Assembly (NCBI GenBank): GCA_021815445.1
Contig: JAKAGM010000001.1
Location: 467,710-531,709, forward strand
DNA length: 64,000 nt
Direction of reading: 5' to 3'
Origin: a bacterium
Lineage (GTDB): Bacteria > Patescibacteriota > Patescibacteriia > UBA10025
Shown piece by piece: positions 59,782 through 64,000 of the stretch. The notes below the pieces were generated by a model, which had not been told where the DNA came from, searched no databases, and saw only the letters and a program-made list of their open reading frames with translations. Position 1 is the first letter of the stretch. Each line of letters opens with the position of its first letter. Made by a program: the position numbers and the translations under genes.

Positions 59782-59803
59782 ACGGCACAAAGGAAGCCAA
59801 CCT

Positions 59804-61186
59804 ATACAACACCTTCACCTCTACAATACTCTTTCTCGGACGAAAGAACTGTTTACCCCGCAGGGGTCGACGGTGTCTTTGTATACCTGCGGCCCGACGG
59901 TTTACAATTACGCCCACATCGGCAACTTGCGCACGTACATTTTTGAAGACATCGTGAAACGGACATTGCTGGCTGATCGCTATCGGGTGAAGCATGTCAT
60001 GAATATCACCGATGTCGGCCACCTCACGTCTGACGCCGACGAAGGAGAGGATAAAATGGAAAAAGGCGCAAAAAGGGAACGCAGGTCCGTCTGGGATATC
60101 GCCGCTTTTTACACGGACGCCTTTAAGCAGAATATGCGGGAGCTCAACATCCTCGACCCCGACATCTGGGCAAAAGCTACGGACCACATTAAAGAACAGG
60201 TAGCGTGGATACAGAAGCTCGAGAAACTCGGGTATACCTACCAGATATCCGACGGAATCTACTTTGACACGTCAAAATTCCCTTCCTACGGCGCTCTGAC
60301 CGGCCAGAAACTCCATGAACTCAAAGAGGGGGCGCGCGTGGAAAAAAACGCCGAGAAGCGGCATCCGACCGACTTTGCGCTATGGAAACTTTCTCCCCAG
60401 GGTTCGAAGCGGCAAATGGAATGGCCGAGTCCGTGGGGGACCGGATTTCCCGGATGGCATATCGAATGCTCCGTCATGGCCCAAAAGTTTCTCGGCGAAA
60501 CTATCGATATCCATTGCGGGGGCATTGACCACATACCTACCCACCATACGAATGAGATCGCGCAGGCTGAAGCGGTGACAGGCAAACCGTTCGTGCATTA
60601 TTGGGTGCACGGTGAGTTTCTCGTATTGAATAAAATAAAAATGGCAAAGTCAGGGGACCATTTCATCACCCTGCAGGCAGTCAAGGATAAGGGCATCTCC
60701 CCTCTCGCGTACCGGTATTTCTGCCTCGGCGCGCATTACCGGTCGAAACTTACCTTCTCCTGGGATGCGCTGCAGGGAGCTCAAAATGCCCTGGACCATT
60801 TGTACAAGGAAGTTGAATCGTACGGTAGTCCGAAAATCGGATGTGCTGAATATGAGCAGAAATTTTCCAGGACAATTAATGATGATCTGGACACGCCGCG
60901 GGCTCTCGCCATCATGTGGGATCTGATAAAATCAAAGAACCCGGGATCGGCTAAAAAACAAACGCTGCTCATGTTCGACAAGGTGCTCGGCCTTCGTTTG
61001 GATAAAGTAAAAAAAGAAAAGATGACGGTCACTGACGCCGTTCGGGAACTCGTTGAAAAGCGTGAGCAGGCAAGGAAAAAAAAAGATTTTAAGAAGTCTG
61101 ACGAGCTAAGAAAACGAATTCAAGAACAAGGCTACGACGTTCAAGACACAGATCGAGGACCGGTAATCAAAAAAATCCGCCGATGA
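59804..61186 (+). CDS. cysS: cysteinyl-tRNA synthetase
   Basis: [32 protein letters not shown]. Confidence 0.95.
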   Translation: MQHLHLYNTLSRTKELFTPQGSTVSLYTCGPTVYNYAHIGNLRTYIFEDIVKRTLLADRYRVKHVMNITDVGHLTSDADEGEDKMEKGAKRERRSVWDIAAFYTDAFKQNMRELNILDPDIWAKATDHIKEQVAWIQKLEKLGYTYQISDGIYFDTSKFPSYGALTGQKLHELKEGARVEKNAEKRHPTDFALWKLSPQGSKRQMEWPSPWGTGFPGWHIECSVMAQKFLGETIDIHCGGIDHIPTHHTNEIAQAEAVTGKPFVHYWVHGEFLVLNKIKMAKSGDHFITLQAVKDKGISPLAYRYFCLGAHYRSKLTFSWDALQGAQNALDHLYKEVESYGSPKIGCAEYEQKFSRTINDDLDTPRALAIMWDLIKSKNPGSAKKQTLLMFDKVLGLRLDKVKKEKMTVTDAVRELVEKREQARKKKDFKKSDELRKRIQEQGYDVQDTDRGPVIKKIRR

Positions 61187-62157
61187 CCAACTTCTGGGCA
61201 GAGTTAAAAAAACCCATCATCGCACTCGCACCCATGGCCGGCGTCACTGACGCCGCTTTTAGGCTTGTGTGCAAAGACTTCGGCGCTGACGTCATTTACA
61301 CTGAATTTGCTTCCACGAACGCACTCGTCCATGGCAATGAAGCGACGCGGAAGATGATAGCCTTCGACCCCGGGGAACAGCCCGTCGTTTGCCAGATATT
61401 CGGCAGCGATCCTGAGATGTACGGCAAAGCCGCCGGCATCCTCGAAGAGATGGGTTTTGCCGGCGTCGATATCAATTTCGGCTGCCCCGCGTACAAAGTG
61501 GTGGCGCACGGCGGGGGCGTCTCGCTCATGCGCGATCCGAAACGCTGCGCGGAGCTTGTCCAGGCGGCGTGCGAAGGGGTAAAGAGCATTCCTGTGTCTA
61601 TAAAAATACGCGCAAGCATATGCAAAGAAAACTGCGATCGCAAGGATCCGGCGAACCATGTGACGGCACTCGACTTGGTTGACGCGATCAAACATCTGTC
61701 CGTAGCGGCGGTGATGATCCACGGCAGGAGTTATGAGAAACCTTTCGACGGAGAGACAAACACCGACGTCATCAGGCAAGTCAAGCGCGCTTTCAAAGGA
61801 ATTGTCATCGCCAACGGCGGCATCTATACACCGGAGGATGCGAAACGCATGCTCGATGAAACGGGCGCAGACGGTGTAGGCCTGGCCCGGGGTGTCCGAG
61901 GGTCTCCCTGGCTTTTCAAACAAATAAAAGATTATCTCGCAACAGGGGCCTACAAAGAATTCTCATGGGAAGAGAGGAAACAACTTGCGCTCAAACACTC
62001 TGCAGCGGCCCTCAAAACAAAGGGCGGGTGGGGTATCGTAGAAATGCGCAAGCACCTGGCTTGGTACGTCCACGGGACGCCGCATGCTGCGCGCCTTCGG
62101 GCACAATTGGTCAGAGTAAAAACCCTGAAGGACGTTGAAACCATCCTCGCTGAGTAA
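61183..62157 (+). CDS. dusB: tRNA-dihydrouridine synthase
   Basis: [34 protein letters not shown]. Confidence 0.92.
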   Translation: MTNFWAELKKPIIALAPMAGVTDAAFRLVCKDFGADVIYTEFASTNALVHGNEATRKMIAFDPGEQPVVCQIFGSDPEMYGKAAGILEEMGFAGVDINFGCPAYKVVAHGGGVSLMRDPKRCAELVQAACEGVKSIPVSIKIRASICKENCDRKDPANHVTALDLVDAIKHLSVAAVMIHGRSYEKPFDGETNTDVIRQVKRAFKGIVIANGGIYTPEDAKRMLDETGADGVGLARGVRGSPWLFKQIKDYLATGAYKEFSWEERKQLALKHSAAALKTKGGWGIVEMRKHLAWYVHGTPHAARLRAQLVRVKTLKDVETILAE

Positions 62158-62170
62158 AAGTGCCTTTATC

Positions 62171-62310
62171 TGTCACTCTGAGGACCCCGCCGCTCGCGAG
62201 CAGCGGGGAACGAAGAATCTCCTCGCCTCTGGCGAGGCAATCCTTCACCCTCGTCTGATTCCCGTTCAGGGCATGAGGCCTTCAAGGCTGAAAACGGGTA
62301 CAGGATGACA
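62171..62310. repeat. TGTCA...TGACA-bounded RPE/REP-like palindromic element with nested hairpins
   Basis: TGTCACTCTGA...GAAGAATCT...ATCCTTC...CAGGATGACA. Confidence 0.65.
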
Positions 62311-62403
62311 AAGAAAACGGCATTTTTAAATGCTCAAGAAAACACAAACGTTCGTATTGATCGAACGTCAACTTTTCTATTTATGAACCTTGATGACGAT
62401 TAC

Positions 62404-62991
62404 CTAGATATCGTACTTGAACTTTTTGTTCTCGCTCGCACCGCCTTTAATGAGAATCATGGCGGCTATGGGCAGGATAATCCAGACGAACTTCGCGTTT
62501 GGCGAGGCAAAAAGCTGCCGCGTCATCGGTGCGAGGTGGTTCGAAGCTTCCGGCGGAAGGAACGATAATGTAATACTCACGATCAGGCCCACGTGAAGTA
62601 CGCTGAACAGCAATACCTGCCACCACGACCCCGCCGAATCGGACGAAGCAATAGTTTTGACCAGTGCAGAACGCGAGAGCATGAAAAAAAGGACGATGAA
62701 AACAAGGAGAAATGCGGAGATGCGGAACACGAACAACTGAGAAACAGCGTTATTTATCCCCTGCTGAAAATTCGGGTCGGAAATAAACGGAGCGTGTTCG
62801 ACGATGGCAAGTGACATGTAGATAGAGACGAGGATAACGATGATTCTGTCGCGCCCAAGTGAAAGTCCGTAGAGAAACGCCGCGATGATGAAAAAGAGAA
62901 CTATGAAGAGATCCCAGCTCGGCTGTGACCAGTTGATGTTTTGCAAGAAGTTTGCGCTCTCTGCTGCTTGCGCCGCGTGGATGAATAACAT
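62404..62991 (-). CDS. multi-TM membrane protein (CvpA-like)
   Basis: Five hydrophobic segments, WDLFI..LYGLSLGR. Confidence 0.65.
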   Translation of the reverse strand: MLFIHAAQAAESANFLQNINWSQPSWDLFIVLFFIIAAFLYGLSLGRDRIIVILVSIYMSLAIVEHAPFISDPNFQQGINNAVSQLFVFRISAFLLVFIVLFFMLSRSALVKTIASSDSAGSWWQVLLFSVLHVGLIVSITLSFLPPEASNHLAPMTRQLFASPNAKFVWIILPIAAMILIKGGASENKKFKYDI

Positions 62992-63128
62992 AGATAAGAG
63001 GAAATCAAAGCTCAACAAAACGATTATAGCACAAAAGAAGAAAAAAAGCAACTCAAAGACAGTGTAGAAGCTTTTTTTTATAAAAGAAAAAAGGTCAGCC
63101 GAGCCGACCTTTGTACTCATGTATACAT

Positions 63129-63458
63129 TTAGGCGATGAGTAGGGTTCCTTTAAGTTGGAAGGAGCCCCGAGCACCAGCGTCATCAATGTAATACGTGAT
63201 ATTACTCAGGAGTCCGTCTTCATCCGCACCAGGCCCCCGGACAATACGGATACGCTTCGTGAGCGGCACCGGAAGCTGGTGTAATACGGCTCCTCGAATA
63301 CACGCGAGCGCTGCCGTTTCATCACATATGGTGGCGGTCATCATCCTGACATACCCATGGGAATCAGGCGGACCCTGCAGGACGGTGATACAGCCGTTGG
63401 CCACGGTGACGAGCAGGTAAGGATCTTGGTGGTCGCGCGGATCGAAAGGGATGCTCAT
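63129..63458 (-). CDS. hypothetical protein
   Basis: AAGGAG upstream; start MSIPF or the Met-proximal alternative. Confidence 0.5.
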   Translation of the reverse strand: MSIPFDPRDHQDPYLLVTVANGCITVLQGPPDSHGYVRMMTATICDETAALACIRGAVLHQLPVPLTKRIRIVRGPGADEDGLLSNITYYIDDAGARGSFQLKGTLLIA

Positions 63459-63493
63459 GGCGGGCAAGGAGCTTTCAATACTGCTACACGCGT

Positions 63494-63967
63494 TCATGAA
63501 GGGACTCCACATTGTGTGCGGTCTTCCTCGAGGATGATCCCGAGGATACAGCTGGTCTGATGTTCTTCTGGGTCACCCTTAATCTCGAAGCAGAGTCTTG
63601 CCGCAATGCTGACCGTATGCTTGCGCGACCTGTCTGGTAACAGAGCTTCAATCTCTGCGAGCGCCATAGGCTCCGCGGCAGACCAGTCAAACTGACGAAT
63701 CGCATGACTGACCCAAGCGGCGGGGTCGGATTCGTTTTTGATGCTGATCCGGTACATCTCGAAGTGCTGACCAGGCTCGTCGGAAGTGTAGCGCAATGCA
63801 TAAAAGGCATTGCAAAGGATTTCCCCCGGGCCCCATTCATTTCCGGAAATGAAGAAGAGTGTGCCTCCGGAGGTCATCAGGTCCCCAAGATAATACCGCT
63901 CCTTGACCGAGCATCCGCGCGCTTCCAGATCTTTAAGATTCCAGGTACTGACAGCCGGCGTTACCAT
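63494..63967 (-). CDS. hypothetical protein
   Basis: SD AAGGAG before ATG; 157-aa ORF. Confidence 0.6.
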   Translation of the reverse strand: MVTPAVSTWNLKDLEARGCSVKERYYLGDLMTSGGTLFFISGNEWGPGEILCNAFYALRYTSDEPGQHFEMYRISIKNESDPAAWVSHAIRQFDWSAAEPMALAEIEALLPDRSRKHTVSIAARLCFEIKGDPEEHQTSCILGIILEEDRTQCGVPS

Positions 63968-64000
63968 GTTTCATGCTCCTTCTTTTTGACAGTGAACGAT

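Overview
Bacterial chromosome window. Gene content and style suggest Patescibacteria/CPR (inference from the VirD4-like ATPase, conserved hypotheticals, large surface proteins and sparse metabolism). Left to right: (1) a cluster of large membrane-anchored surface proteins (1.8-15.3 kb) sharing a [QK]VLG motif, two ending in LPxTG; (2) DNA repair and housekeeping genes (Fpg/Nei, a stand-alone PolX N-domain, a dead REP-associated transposase, rarA, polyprenyl synthase, uppS, tRNA-Pro); (3) a purine-nucleotide region (purC, purB, a divergent purA, guaA, guaB, a nucleoside deaminase-like amidohydrolase) interrupted by VKOR/DUF59/FTR1 with a Fur-box-like operator; (4) ino1 and two modular secreted proteases (S8 with an inserted dockerin; M11-like with a C-terminal Hint domain) sharing an FG-GAP + Cys-rich tail, around tRNA-Gln and dnaX; (5) a VirD4-like ATPase, a membrane-anchored single-module Clp ATPase, cysS (apparent ATA start) and dusB. 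Intergenic DNA is rich in nested REP/RPE-like palindromes. No CRISPR array, rRNA, reverse transcriptase or prophage was seen. All calls come from reading motifs by eye, without database searches.
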